DNA from: an uncultured Actinomycetota bacterium
Lineage (GTDB): Bacteria; Actinomycetota; Actinomycetes; Mycobacteriales; CADCTP01
Length of the DNA stretch: 64,000 bases
Direction of reading: 5' to 3'
Assembly: GCA_963785005.1 (NCBI GenBank)
Contig: CAWATS010000023.1
Span: 229,778-293,777 of the forward strand
Below are positions 30,468-41,286 of the stretch, piece after piece. A program made the position numbers and the translations under genes. Position 1 is the first letter of the stretch, and the number at the start of each line of letters is the position of its first letter. A model generated the notes under the pieces. The model saw only the letters and a list, made by a program, of their open reading frames with translations. It searched no databases and had not been told where the DNA came from.

Positions 30468-31019
30468 TCAGCCCAGCGCGGCGACCCGCTCCCGGTACGC
30501 CGGCACCAGCTCGGCGAACCGGTCGTCCCACCCGCTCCCGTCCCCGGTCGCCAGCGCATCGAGGAACCCGTGCCAGCCGGCGCCGAGACCGGCGGCCTGG
30601 TCCGGCGGCAGCGCCCGGTGCTCCAGCACCAGCACGCTGCCGGTCCCGTCCGCCGGGGACAGCTCGACCCGGAGCACCGACGGCGCCTCGCCCGGGATCG
30701 TCCACTCCCACTCCAGCAGCTCGGGCTCGCGCATCGCCCGGACCACGCAGTCCACCGACTGGCCGGGATCGTCGCCCCAGCCGAGCCGGAACCGCTGACC
30801 GGGTGCGATCGTGCCGACCACCTCGGCGCCGAGCCACCGGGCGATCCGCTCCGGGCGGGTCCAGGCCCGCCACAGCTCCTCCGGGCTCGCCTCGTACCGC
30901 CGCTCGAACCGGACGGCCGGCCCGCCCGCGTCCCGCCGGAACGCGCCGAAGCCGGTCATGCCCGCCCGCCGCGCTCCGCCCGATGCCGGCCCGCCCCGCG
31001 GGCATCCGCGCTCGCTCAT
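30468..31019 (-). CDS. SRPBCC/AHSA1-family protein
   Basis: A 183-aa ORF. ATG 31019 forms an ATGA overlap with the ArsR stop; ATG at ~30959 is an alternative start. It has a typical Aha1-like pattern (SPEELWRAWTRPERIARWLG). Confidence 0.75.
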   Translation of the reverse strand: MSERGCPRGGPASGGARRAGMTGFGAFRRDAGGPAVRFERRYEASPEELWRAWTRPERIARWLGAEVVGTIAPGQRFRLGWGDDPGQSVDCVVRAMREPELLEWEWTIPGEAPSVLRVELSPADGTGSVLVLEHRALPPDQAAGLGAGWHGFLDALATGDGSGWDDRFAELVPAYRERVAALG

Positions 31020-31333
31020 GGCTCTCCCTCCCGGCGCGCCCGGCGCACCTCGGTCTCCAGCGCGTCCAGCCGCTGCGCCCAGAAGCCGCGCCAGCGACCC
31101 AGCCAGTCGTCCACCTCGGCCAGCGGGGTGGCGTCGACCGCGTAGAGCCGGCGCTGCCCGTCTCCACGCACGCGCACCAGCCCGGCCTCACGCAGCACCC
31201 GAAGGTGCCGCGAGACGCCCGGCCGGCTGATGGCGAACTCGGCGGCCAGCTCGCCGGCCGAGCGCTCCCCGCCGGCCAGCAGGTCCAGCAGCCGGCGGCG
31301 GGTCGGGTCGGCGATGGCCTCGAACACGAGCAC
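31016..31333 (-). CDS. ArsR/SmtB-family transcriptional regulator
   Basis: 105 aa with a GTG start. The wHTH reads IADPTRRRLLDLLAGGERSAGELAAEFAISRPGVSRHLRVLREAGLV. Confidence 0.85.
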   Translation of the reverse strand: MLVFEAIADPTRRRLLDLLAGGERSAGELAAEFAISRPGVSRHLRVLREAGLVRVRGDGQRRLYAVDATPLAEVDDWLGRWRGFWAQRLDALETEVRRARREGEP

Positions 31334-31352
31334 CGGAGAAGTGTAACAGCAG

Positions 31353-31364
31353 GCTTACGTAAGC
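31353..31364. promoter_or_regulatory. 12-bp perfect palindrome, candidate ArsR operator
   Basis: GCTTACGTAAGC lies in an AT-richer patch (TGTAACAGCAGGCTTACGTAAGCGACAGGGTACGCA), 20 nt upstream of the arsR-like start in the divergent intergenic region. Confidence 0.4.
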
Positions 31365-31420
31365 GACAGGGTACGCACAGGAGCGCGATTTCGTCGGTGC
31401 CGGCGCCTAGCGTCTCGGGC

Positions 31421-33184
31421 GTGCGGAGTGCGGCGGCCCCGGTCTACGTCCAGGCGGCGTTCGACGAGCTCGACGAGCCGCTGCGGGACGTCACCTTCGT
31501 GGTGGTCGACCTGGAGACCACCGGCGGCCTGGTCGAGGACTCCGGGATCACCGAGATCGGGGCGGTCAAGGTGCGCGGCGGCGCGGTGCTCGGCGAGTTC
31601 GCGACGCTGGTCGACCCCGGCCGGGGCATCCCGCCGATGATCGCGGTGCTCACCGGCATCACCGACTCGATGGTGGCCGCCGCGCCGCGGGTCGACGAGG
31701 TGCTGCCGGCCTTCCTCGAGTTCGCCAGCGACGCCGTCCTGGTCGCGCACAACGCGCCGTTCGACATCGGCTTCCTCAAGGCCGCCTGCGCCCGGGCCGG
31801 CCGGGACTGGCCGGCGCACCGGGTGGTCGACACCGCCCTGCTGGCCCGCCGGGTGCTGACCAGCGACGAGGTGCCGGACTGCAAGCTCGCCACCCTCTCC
31901 GCGCACTTCAAGGCGGCCACCGCGCCGATCCACCGCGCCCTGGCGGACGCCCGGGCGACCGTCGACGTGCTGCACGGGCTGATCGAGCGGCTCGGGCCGC
32001 TCGGGGTGCACTCCCTCGACGAGCTGCGCTCGTTCACCGCGCAGGTCAGCGAGGCGCAGCGGCGTAAGCGGCACCTGGCCGAGCACCTCCCGCACGCCCC
32101 GGGGGTGTACGTCTTCCGGGACGCCGCCGGCCGCCCGCTCTACGTGGGCACCAGCAAGGACGTCCGCACCCGGGTCCGGCACTACTTCGTGGCCAGCGAG
32201 CAGCGCTCCCGGATGGCGGAGATGGTCGCGCTGGCCGACCGGGTCGACGCGATCGTCTGCGCGCACCCGCTGGAGGCCGAGGTGCGCGAGCTGCGGATGA
32301 TCGCCGAGCACAAGCCGCCGTACAACCGGCGCTCCCGCTTCCCGGAGCGCGGCCTGTGGGTCAAGCTCACCGCGGAGCCGTTCCCCCGGCTGTCCGCGGT
32401 GCGGGCGGTGCGCGACGACGGCGGCACCTACCTCGGGCCGTTCGGGTCGCGGCGGTCGGTGGAGCGGGCGATGGCCGCGGTGCACGACGCGCTGCCGCTG
32501 CGGCAGTGCACCGACCGGCTGCCGGCCGAGCCGAAGCACGGATCGGCCTGCGCGCTGGCCGAGATGGACCGGTGCGGGGCGCCGTGCGAGGGCCGGATCA
32601 GCCGCGCGGAGTACGCCGCGCACGCCGAGGTCATGCGGGCCGCGGTGACCGGCGACCCCAGGCCGATCAGCGAGCCGCTGCTGCGCCGGGTGGAGCGGCT
32701 GGCCGGCGCCGGCCGCTTCGAGCAGGCGGCGCTGGTGCGCGACCGGCTGGCGACCCTCGTGCGGGCCTGCGCGCGGGTGCAGCGGATCTCGGCGCTCACC
32801 TCGGTGCCGCACCTGGTGGCGGCCCGGCCGGACGGGAGCGGCGGTTGGGAGCTGGCCGTGGTCCGGCGCGGCCGGCTGGTGGCGGCCGGGGTGGCGGTGC
32901 GCGGTGCGGCGGTCCGGCCGTACGTGGCTGGCCTGATCGCGACGGCCGAGTCGGTGTTGCCCGGGGTGGGGCCGCTGCCATGCGCGAGCGCGGGCGAGAC
33001 CGAGCGGGTGCTGCGCTGGCTGGAGGAGCCGGGCACCCGGCTGGTCGAGCTGGAGGGCAGCTGGACCTGCCCGGCGTACGGGGCGGGCGGCCTGGGCGAG
33101 CTGCTCGAATGGCGCGGCGACAGCGCCGACCCGACCGCCGACCGCCGCCGGATCCGCCCGATCCCCCGCCCCGCTCGTCCGTAG
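31421..33184 (+). CDS. DEDDh 3'-5' exonuclease (DnaQ-like) fused to a GIY-YIG (UvrC-like) nuclease domain
   Basis: This is the last 587 codons of ORF 30263..33184. GTG 31421 is the chosen start and GTG 31397 the alternative. It has an Exo motif VVDLETTG, HNAPFDIGFL and the GIY-YIG motif GVYVFRD...PLYVGTS...Y. It matches the Rv2191 position by synteny. Confidence 0.85.
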   Translation: MRSAAAPVYVQAAFDELDEPLRDVTFVVVDLETTGGLVEDSGITEIGAVKVRGGAVLGEFATLVDPGRGIPPMIAVLTGITDSMVAAAPRVDEVLPAFLEFASDAVLVAHNAPFDIGFLKAACARAGRDWPAHRVVDTALLARRVLTSDEVPDCKLATLSAHFKAATAPIHRALADARATVDVLHGLIERLGPLGVHSLDELRSFTAQVSEAQRRKRHLAEHLPHAPGVYVFRDAAGRPLYVGTSKDVRTRVRHYFVASEQRSRMAEMVALADRVDAIVCAHPLEAEVRELRMIAEHKPPYNRRSRFPERGLWVKLTAEPFPRLSAVRAVRDDGGTYLGPFGSRRSVERAMAAVHDALPLRQCTDRLPAEPKHGSACALAEMDRCGAPCEGRISRAEYAAHAEVMRAAVTGDPRPISEPLLRRVERLAGAGRFEQAALVRDRLATLVRACARVQRISALTSVPHLVAARPDGSGGWELAVVRRGRLVAAGVAVRGAAVRPYVAGLIATAESVLPGVGPLPCASAGETERVLRWLEEPGTRLVELEGSWTCPAYGAGGLGELLEWRGDSADPTADRRRIRPIPRPARP

Positions 33185-33205
33185 AACTTCTGTACGCTTG
33201 TAGCC

Positions 33206-33444
33206 ATGACCGAGATCCCGGTGCGGGAGCTGCGCAATCACGTCTCCGAGGTGCTCAGGCGGGTCGAGTCCGGCGAGGAGCTGATCGTCACGGTCAGCGG
33301 CCGCCCGTCGCGGAGCTTCGCCATCCCGCAGCGACCGCGATGTCACTGGGACGAGTTCTGGAACGACTGGCCCAAGGCCGACCCGGTCTGCTCGACGACA
33401 TACGGGACCTGGGCGACGAGACCACGGACGATCTCAAGTGGTGA
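33206..33444 (+). pseudogene. Phd/YefM-type antitoxin, apparently frameshifted near 33383-33386
   Basis: The ATG frame gives MTEIPVRELRNHVSEVLRRVESGEELIVTVSGRP...WPKADP. The expected C-terminus GLLDDIRDLGDETTDDLKW plus TGA (33442-33444) lies in another frame (the tail of track ORF 32356..33444). Confidence 0.6.
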
Positions 33445-33448
33445 GTCG

Positions 33449-33820
33449 GTGGCCAGCGCGCTCGGTGACACGTCGGATCTCGCGGTCGAGCGGCCGGCCA
33501 CTGCGAGCCACGCCGCCCTCCGCGCGCCGTTTCCACATCACGGGCGAGCTACCGCCGGCGTGCTGCAGGCGCCGTCACCGGCTGCCCATGCGCGACGTCT
33601 GCAGACCCTGCTGCGGGTCCAGGGTCTCGAGCCGCTTCCGGTCGACGGCCCGGTAGCGGCGGCGTGGGCGGAGCTGCGCGGTGCGCTCCGCGAGCTGAAG
33701 CGTCGGATGCCGGTCAACGACTCGTGGATCGCCGCGACCGCGATCGCGCACGGCCTGCCGCTGGTGACCCAGGACGACGACTACGCCGACGTGCCCGGCC
33801 TGGACGTCATCCGGATCTGA
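33449..33820 (+). CDS. VapC-like PIN-domain toxin (possibly inactivated)
   Basis: GTG 33449 lies 4 nt after the out-of-frame antitoxin stop. The C-terminal half is PIN-typical (MPVNDSWIAATAIAHGLPLVTQDDDY) and the N-terminus is LGDTSDLAVER. The expected acidic ...GEL segment appears only in the +1 frame (RFHITGEL, ~33528-33551). Confidence 0.55.
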   Translation: MASALGDTSDLAVERPATASHAALRAPFPHHGRATAGVLQAPSPAAHARRLQTLLRVQGLEPLPVDGPVAAAWAELRGALRELKRRMPVNDSWIAATAIAHGLPLVTQDDDYADVPGLDVIRI

Positions 33821-33874
33821 GGCGCACCGGCACCGCGCCGACCGGGCGCCGTCAGCCGAGCGCGTCGCGACCGC

Positions 33875-34920
33875 TCAGCCGGATCCGCGCACCACCAGGT
33901 GCGTCGGCAGCACCACCAGCGCCTCCTCGACCTCGCCCCCGCCGATCCGGGTGAGCAGCAGCCGGACCATCTCCCGGCCCATCGCCTCCACCGGCTGGTG
34001 CACCGTCGTGAGCGGCGGGTCCGCGTGCGCCGCCAGCGGCGAGTCCTCGAAGCCGACCACGGCGACGTCCGCGGGTACCCGCCGCCCCCGCTCCCGCAGC
34101 GCGCGCAGCGCACCGATCGCCATCGCGTCCGAGGCGGCGAAGATCGCGTCCAGGTCGGGGCGGCGTTCCACCAGCGCCGCCGCGGCGCGGACCCCGCTGT
34201 CCAGGCTGAAGTCACCGGCCTCGACGAGGTCGTCCGCCGCCGCCAGGCCCGCCTCCGCCAGCCCGTCCCGGTAGCCGGAGTAACGCTCCAGGCCGACCGT
34301 CATGTCCTGCGGCCCGGTGATCGCCGCGATCCGCCGCCGCCCGCCGGCGGCGAGGTGGACGACCGCCTGCCGGGCGCCGCCGCGGTTGTCGGCGTCCACG
34401 CAGGCCGTCGGCCGGCCGCCCAGCGGGCGACCGCCGAGGACGGTCGGCACGCCGCGGGACTCCAGCCGGGCCGGCAGCGTGTCGATGCCGTGCAGGGAGA
34501 CCAGCAGCACGCCGTCCACGTGCTGCCCGGTCAGGTAGTGCTCGAGCTGTTCCCGCTCGGCCGGCGACTGGGCCACCGCGAGCAGCAGCTGCATGCCGCT
34601 GCCGGCCAGGCCGGCGGAGATGCCGCGGACGATGGCGGCGAAGTACGGCTCGGCGAAGAACCGCTCCTCCGACTCCGACACCACCAGAGCCACCGTGTCC
34701 GTCCGCTGGGTCACCAGCGTCCGGGCGGCCCGGTTGGGGACGAAGCCGAGCTCCTCGACCGCTCTGCGGACGGCCTCCCGGGCCCGCGGGCTGACCTGGG
34801 GTGAGTCGTTGATGACCCGGGAGACGGTGCCGCGGGAGACGCCGGCGAGCGCCGCCACCGCCTCCAGGGTCGGACGGACCGCCGGTCCGTCCTGTAGCTG
34901 CGCCACCGCACCCCCTCCCG

Positions 34921-34924
<4 letters not shown>
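33875..34924 (-). CDS. cebR: LacI-family transcriptional regulator, CebR-like
   Basis: 349 aa. GTG 34924 makes a GTGA overlap with the bglC stop. The HTH reads TLEAVAALAGVSRGTVSRVIN. Perfect CebR boxes lie upstream of the operon. Confidence 0.85.
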
Positions 34925-36419
<1,495 letters not shown>

Positions 36420-36423
<4 letters not shown>

Positions 36424-37298
36424 GCCTTCAACGCACCTTCCATGATCCCTCCGATGATCTGCCGCCCGAACAGGACGAAGACGGCCAGCAGCGGCAGCGT
36501 CGCCAGCGCGGTGCCGGCGAAGATCTGCGCGTAGTCCGAGTAGTAGCCGCTGGACAGCGTCGCCAGCGACAGCTGGACGGTGGGCTGGTCCTGGTTGAGC
36601 ACGGAGTACGGCCAGAGGAAGTCGTTCCAGGTCTGCATGAAGGTGAACAGGGCGAGCACCGCCGCGGCCGGCCGGACCGCCGGCAGCACCACGTTCCAGT
36701 AGATCCGCAGCGTCGAGCAGCCGTCGACGCGGGCCGCCTCGATCAGCTCGTCGGAGACCGCCTGCGCCGAGTACTGCCGCATCATGAACACGCCGAAGCC
36801 GGAGACCAGGAACGGCACGATCACGGCCTTCAGCTCGCCGGTCCAGCCGAGCCTGACCATCAGGATGTAGAGCGGGATCAGCCCGAGCTGCACCGGGATG
36901 GCCATCGTCGCGATGATCACCAGCAGCAGCACGTTGCGGCCGCGGAAGCGCAGCTTGGCGAAGGCGAAGCCGGCCAGGGTGGAGAAGAGCACCACCGACA
37001 CGGTCACGCTGCCCGCGACGAGCACCGAGTTGACCAGCCCGCGCAGGAAGTGCGCGTCGGAGTTGGCCAGCAGCCGGTCGATGTTGGCGCCGAGGTCGCC
37101 GCCGGGGATGAGCACCGGCGGCAGCGCGCCGATGGTGTCGTTGGTCCGGGTCGCGACGACGAACATGAAGTAGAGCGGGAAGACCGACAGCGCGGCGCCG
37201 AGCGCGAGCACGACGTAGACCAGCGGGCCGGCCCCGGTGACCTGGGCGCCGCTCTCCCGGGGGCGACGCCGCCGGGCGGCGGAGGCGGCGAGAACCAT
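36420..37298 (-). CDS. cebG: carbohydrate ABC transporter permease (MalG/CebG-like)
   Basis: A 292-aa ORF with the EAA-loop region ELIEAARVDGCSTLRIYWNVVLP. Confidence 0.9.
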
Positions 37299-37313
37299 GC
37301 TCTGCTCCTCTGC

Positions 37314-38354
37314 TCAGTCCGGGACCGACGTGCCGCCGAGGCGACGGACGACGGCGTAGTTGACGGCGGCGGCGAGCAGGATGATCAGGAAGAGCACCCA
37401 CGCCACGGCGGAGGCGTAGCCGAAGTCGAACTTGGTGAAGGCGTTCTCGTAGACGTACATGGCGACGGTCTGGGACTGCCGCAGGGAGCCGCCCTGGTAG
37501 TTCGACGAGCCGGAGTTGAACAGCAGCGGCTCGGTGAACAGCTGGAAGCCGCCGATGGTCGCGATGATCACCGTGAACAGGATCGTCGGCCGCAGCAGCG
37601 GGACCGTGATCCGGGTGAACTGCTTCCAGGCCGACGCGCCGTCGATGGCCGCCGCCTCGTACAGGTCCCGCGGGATGGCCTGCATCGCCGCCAGGTAGAT
37701 CAGCGCGTTGTAGCCGGTCCACCGCCAGTTGACCATCGCCGCGACCGCCGTCCAGGACGACCACTTCGAGGCCTGCCACTCGATCGGCTGCACGCCGACA
37801 CCGCCGAGCAGCCAGTTCACCAGCCCGAAGTCGCGGCTGAACAGCTGGCTGAAGACGATCGAGACCGCCGCCACCGAGGTGGCCATCGGCAGGATCACGG
37901 ACAGCCGGAAGAAGGTCCGGCCGCGCAGCCGCCGGTTGAGCAGGCTCGCGATCAGCAGCGCCAGGGTCAGCTGCGGCACCGTGGAGACCAGGAAGATCCC
38001 GGCCGTGTTCCACAGCGAGTTCCAGAACACCGGGTCGGTCACCAGCCGGCCGTAGTTGTCCAGGCCGCTCCACGGGTGCTCGTCGCTGGCCAGCTCCCAG
38101 TCGTGCAGCGACACCCAGGCCGTGTAGACCAGCGGGTAGAGGCCGAAGATGCCGAACAGCACGAAGAACGGCGCGATGTAGAGGTACGGCGAGAGCCGGA
38201 TGTCGGCCCAGCCGAGCCTCATCCGCCAGCGTTCCCGCCGCGGTTCGGTGGGCGGCCGGGCGGTCCGGTCGTCCGCCCGGCCGGAGCCCGCGCGGCGGGC
38301 CGGACCGGCCGGCCTGCCGGCGGGCCGCACCGGCGTCCCGGCCTCCGCGCTCAT
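37314..38354 (-). CDS. cebF: carbohydrate ABC transporter permease (MalF/CebF-like)
   Basis: 346 codons from ATG 38354, preceded by AGGAGGAG. The EAA loop reads YEAAAIDGASAWKQFTRITVP. Confidence 0.9.
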   Translation of the reverse strand: MSAEAGTPVRPAGRPAGPARRAGSGRADDRTARPPTEPRRERWRMRLGWADIRLSPYLYIAPFFVLFGIFGLYPLVYTAWVSLHDWELASDEHPWSGLDNYGRLVTDPVFWNSLWNTAGIFLVSTVPQLTLALLIASLLNRRLRGRTFFRLSVILPMATSVAAVSIVFSQLFSRDFGLVNWLLGGVGVQPIEWQASKWSSWTAVAAMVNWRWTGYNALIYLAAMQAIPRDLYEAAAIDGASAWKQFTRITVPLLRPTILFTVIIATIGGFQLFTEPLLFNSGSSNYQGGSLRQSQTVAMYVYENAFTKFDFGYASAVAWVLFLIILLAAAVNYAVVRRLGGTSVPD

Positions 38355-38433
38355 CGGCTCCTCCTGGTCGAGCTCGGGCCGGACCGTCCGGGCCGGCCGG
38401 ACACCGGTCCGACCCGGGTCCGGTGTGGACGGT

Positions 38434-38468
38434 GGTGCCGACGGCGACCTGCTCTCGCCGCCGGCACC
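38434..38468 (-). terminator. intercistronic stem-loop after cebE
   Basis: GGTGCCGACGGCGA-cctgctc-TCGCCGCCGGCACC forms a 14-bp stem with 1 mismatch. It lies 7 nt downstream of the cebE stop in a 121-nt cebE-cebF spacer. Confidence 0.45.
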
Positions 38469-38475
38469 ACCCACC

Positions 38476-39792
38476 TCACCTGGCCGCCTGCTGGGCGTCC
38501 TTGACCGCCTTCGCCCAGGCCTCCTCCGGCTTGAGCTTGCCCTGCTGCACCGCCAGCAGCGTGCTCTCGACCGCGTCCCGGACCGCCTGGTTGCGCGGTC
38601 CGAAGTAGACCGGCTTGAGCTCCTTGGCACCGGTGCCGAAGATCTCGCCGACCGGGGCGTTGTTGAAGTAGTCGTTCTTGAACGACTTGGTCGCCGGGTC
38701 GTCCAGGGCCACCGGCGACGACGGCAGCGCGTTGACCGCCTTGAAGGCGGCCACCTGGCCATTGGGGCTGGTCAGGAAGCGGACCAGCTCGGCGGCCTCC
38801 TTCGGGTGCTTGCTCTGCTTGGGCACCGCCAGCCACGAGCCGCCCCAGTTGCCGCCCTCACCCGGGGCCGCGGTGACGTCCCACTTGCCCTTGTTGCCGT
38901 CACCGGCCTGGCCCTTGATGTAGCCGAGCATCCACGCCGGGCAGGCGATGGTGGCGAAGGTGCCCTGCTTGAAGCCGGCGTTCCACTGGTCGGAGAAGGA
39001 CTTGTAGCCGGCGGACAGGCCGTCGCCGATCATGGCGAGCATCTGGTCGTACGCCTGCCTGATCGCCGGGTTGGACTCCACGACCAGCTCGTTGTCCCGG
39101 TTGTAGTACGTGTAGCCCGGGGACTTGCCGGCCTCCTGGACCAGGATCGTGTTGTAGGTGTTGGAAGCGGCGTCGAACCACTTCGCCCCGGTGTTGCTGG
39201 CCTTGAACTTGTTGCCGACGGTCACGTAGTCCTGCCAGGTCGGCCAGAGCGCGGCGACCGCCTCGCGGTCGGTCGGCAGCCCGGCCTTGGCGAAGATGTC
39301 CCGCCGGTAGCACATGCCCATGCTGCCGACGTCGGTGCCGAGCCCGATGAGCTTCTTGCCGTCCGGCGCCAGCCCGCCCTCGAACTTCCAGGGCAGGAAG
39401 TTGCCGCGGTCGTCGTTGCCGCCGTACTCGCCGAGGTCCGCGAAGTTCTGCGCCTGCTCCTTGAACTGGATCATGATGCCCTCTTCGAGGGCGACCACGT
39501 CGCCGGCGCCGCTGCCGGCGGCCAGGTTCTTCGTCAGCGCGGGCGTGTAGTTCGACAGGTCGGAGCCGGTGCCGCGCTCGACGATCGTGACGTTCGGGTG
39601 GCTCGCCTGGTACTGCTTGTACAGGTCCTGGTAGCCGAAGTTGCCGAACACGTTCACGGTCAGGGTGATCTTGCCGCTCTCGCCGGCGGCCGCGGCGTCG
39701 TCGTCGCCTCCGCAGCCGGTGGCCGCGGTGAGGACGGCCGCCAGGCCGAGCCCGAGCGCCGCCGTGCTGCGGCGGCGCAGTGCACGGATCAT
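38476..39792 (-). CDS. cebE: cellobiose/cello-oligosaccharide ABC transporter substrate-binding lipoprotein
   Basis: 438 codons from ATG 39792. It has a signal peptide with a lipobox (LTAATGC) and a family-1 solute-binding protein sequence. It is the first gene after the CebR boxes. Confidence 0.85.
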   Translation of the reverse strand: MIRALRRRSTAALGLGLAAVLTAATGCGGDDDAAAAGESGKITLTVNVFGNFGYQDLYKQYQASHPNVTIVERGTGSDLSNYTPALTKNLAAGSGAGDVVALEEGIMIQFKEQAQNFADLGEYGGNDDRGNFLPWKFEGGLAPDGKKLIGLGTDVGSMGMCYRRDIFAKAGLPTDREAVAALWPTWQDYVTVGNKFKASNTGAKWFDAASNTYNTILVQEAGKSPGYTYYNRDNELVVESNPAIRQAYDQMLAMIGDGLSAGYKSFSDQWNAGFKQGTFATIACPAWMLGYIKGQAGDGNKGKWDVTAAPGEGGNWGGSWLAVPKQSKHPKEAAELVRFLTSPNGQVAAFKAVNALPSSPVALDDPATKSFKNDYFNNAPVGEIFGTGAKELKPVYFGPRNQAVRDAVESTLLAVQQGKLKPEEAWAKAVKDAQQAAR

Positions 39793-39842
39793 GCGGGATA
39801 CCCCCTCAGGGAGACATGCTGGATGTGATCGGCGCCACATCG

Positions 39843-39856
39843 TGGGAGCGCTCCCA
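39843..39856. promoter_or_regulatory. CebR operator (perfect consensus)
   Basis: TGGGAGCGCTCCCA is identical to the 14-bp palindromic CebR-binding site described for Streptomyces. It lies 51 nt upstream of the cebE ATG. Confidence 0.85.
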
Positions 39857-39895
39857 TGAGCCTGGCGACCCCGGCGGTCGCTGTCAAGAGCCAAA

Positions 39896-39909
39896 TGGGA
39901 GCGCTCACA
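39896..39909. promoter_or_regulatory. second CebR operator (13/14 match)
   Basis: TGGGAGCGCTCACA lies 104 nt upstream of cebE and 52 nt upstream of the divergent Lrp/AsnC-like gene. Confidence 0.7.
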
Positions 39910-39960
39910 TCACGCTTCCGTCACGGTCGCCGAACGGGCCGGGAACGGTAGGCTGCCGCC

Positions 39961-40248
39961 GTGATCACCGCGATAGTCATGGTCACCGCGGCCACCGACA
40001 GCATCCCCGAGGTGGCGCAGGCCATCGCCGACATCGACGGGGTGAGCGAGGTCTACTCGGTCGCCGGTCACGTCGACCTCGTCGCGGTGGTCCGGGTGCG
40101 CGAGTTCGACCAGGTCGCCGACGTCATCGCCGGCCGGCTGGACAAGGTGCCCGGCGTGCTCGACACCGAGACGCACATCGCCTTCCGGGCCTACTCGCGG
40201 CACGACCTGGAGGCCGCCTTCGCGATCGGCTTCGACGGGACCGACTGA
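39961..40248 (+). CDS. Lrp/AsnC ligand-binding-domain-only protein
   Basis: 95 aa with a GTG start. It has an AsnC-type RAM-domain pattern (VMVTAATDSIPEVAQAIADIDGVSEVYSVAGHVDLVAVVRV) and no HTH. Confidence 0.7.
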   Translation: MITAIVMVTAATDSIPEVAQAIADIDGVSEVYSVAGHVDLVAVVRVREFDQVADVIAGRLDKVPGVLDTETHIAFRAYSRHDLEAAFAIGFDGTD

Positions 40249-40300
40249 CCGACAGCCCCCGCTACTGGCCCAGGAAGTTAGGCCAGGCTAACCTGACCCG

Positions 40301-41266
40301 GTGCCCGTCGCCGCCGTCTCCGAAGCACCCGCCCAGGTGGCCGTCCCGGGCGCCGGCTGCGCCACCGTCGCCCGTTCCCTGGGCGAGTCCCCCGCGGGCA
40401 GCGCCACCCCGATGCGGTCCTGGCTGCTGGTCGAGCACGCCGGGGCGTGGTCGCGCGACGTCGCCGACCGGGTGCTGCGCGCCGCGCTGCCGCCGGGCCG
40501 GCTGCGTGAGCTCGGTGAGCTCCGCCGGCACGCCGGGCTGCGCCCGCTGCTGGTCCGCCGGCCGGGGTACCGGACCGGTCCGGGCGGGCGCCGTACGGTC
40601 CTGATCGGCAGCGCGCACCCCGGCCGGCGCTGGCTGGAGCGGCTCGACCTCGACGACCTGCGCGCGCTCGGGGACATCGACCTGACCGCGGTGGCCGAGG
40701 GCCGCGGCGGCCTCGGTGCGCCGGTGGCCGGGCCGGTCTTCGGCGTCTGCACCCACGGGTCCAAGGACATGTGCTGCGCGACGCTGGGCCGGCCGGTGGC
40801 GCGCGCGCTCGCCGACGCGGCGCCCGGCCGGGTGTGGGAGACCACCCACGTGGGCGGCGACCGGTTCGCCGGCAACGTGCTGGTGCTGCCCGACGGGTTC
40901 CTCTACGGGCACGTCTCGGTGCGCAGCGCCCCTCGGGTGGCCGCGGCGGCCGACGCGGGGCGGGTGCTGCCGGAGCTGCTCCGCGGCCGGACCTCGGTGG
41001 GGATGCCGGCGCAGGTCGCCGAGATCGCGGTCCGCCGGATCACCGGCCTGCACGGCGTGGACGAGGTGGAGCCGCTCGGCGAGGATCCGGCGACCGGGGT
41101 GCTCGTCGTGCGGGCCGGCGACCGGCGGCTGGGCGTCCGGCTCGGCCGGCACCCGCTCGGCGTGTGCGGCACGTCCCGCTGCGCGGGGCCGCTCGCGCCC
41201 TGCGGCTACTCCGTCGACGAGCTCGTCGAGCTCCCAGCCGTCTCGGAGCTGCACGCGGCCAGCTGA
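40301..41266 (+). CDS. sucrase/ferredoxin-like (thioredoxin-like [2Fe-2S]) family protein
   Basis: 321 aa with the motif VCTHGSKDMCCATLGRP...THVGGDRFAGNVLVLPDGFLYG. Confidence 0.7.
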   Translation: MPVAAVSEAPAQVAVPGAGCATVARSLGESPAGSATPMRSWLLVEHAGAWSRDVADRVLRAALPPGRLRELGELRRHAGLRPLLVRRPGYRTGPGGRRTVLIGSAHPGRRWLERLDLDDLRALGDIDLTAVAEGRGGLGAPVAGPVFGVCTHGSKDMCCATLGRPVARALADAAPGRVWETTHVGGDRFAGNVLVLPDGFLYGHVSVRSAPRVAAAADAGRVLPELLRGRTSVGMPAQVAEIAVRRITGLHGVDEVEPLGEDPATGVLVVRAGDRRLGVRLGRHPLGVCGTSRCAGPLAPCGYSVDELVELPAVSELHAAS

Positions 41267-41286
41267 CCCCGACCCACCCTCGCACC

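Noticed and set aside
33206-33820. A genuine 204-aa single-chain antitoxin-toxin fusion protein
   Set aside because: The antitoxin's expected C-terminus and stop are present in another frame, and a normally spaced GTG for VapC follows. The fusion is best explained by a 1-nt frame change.
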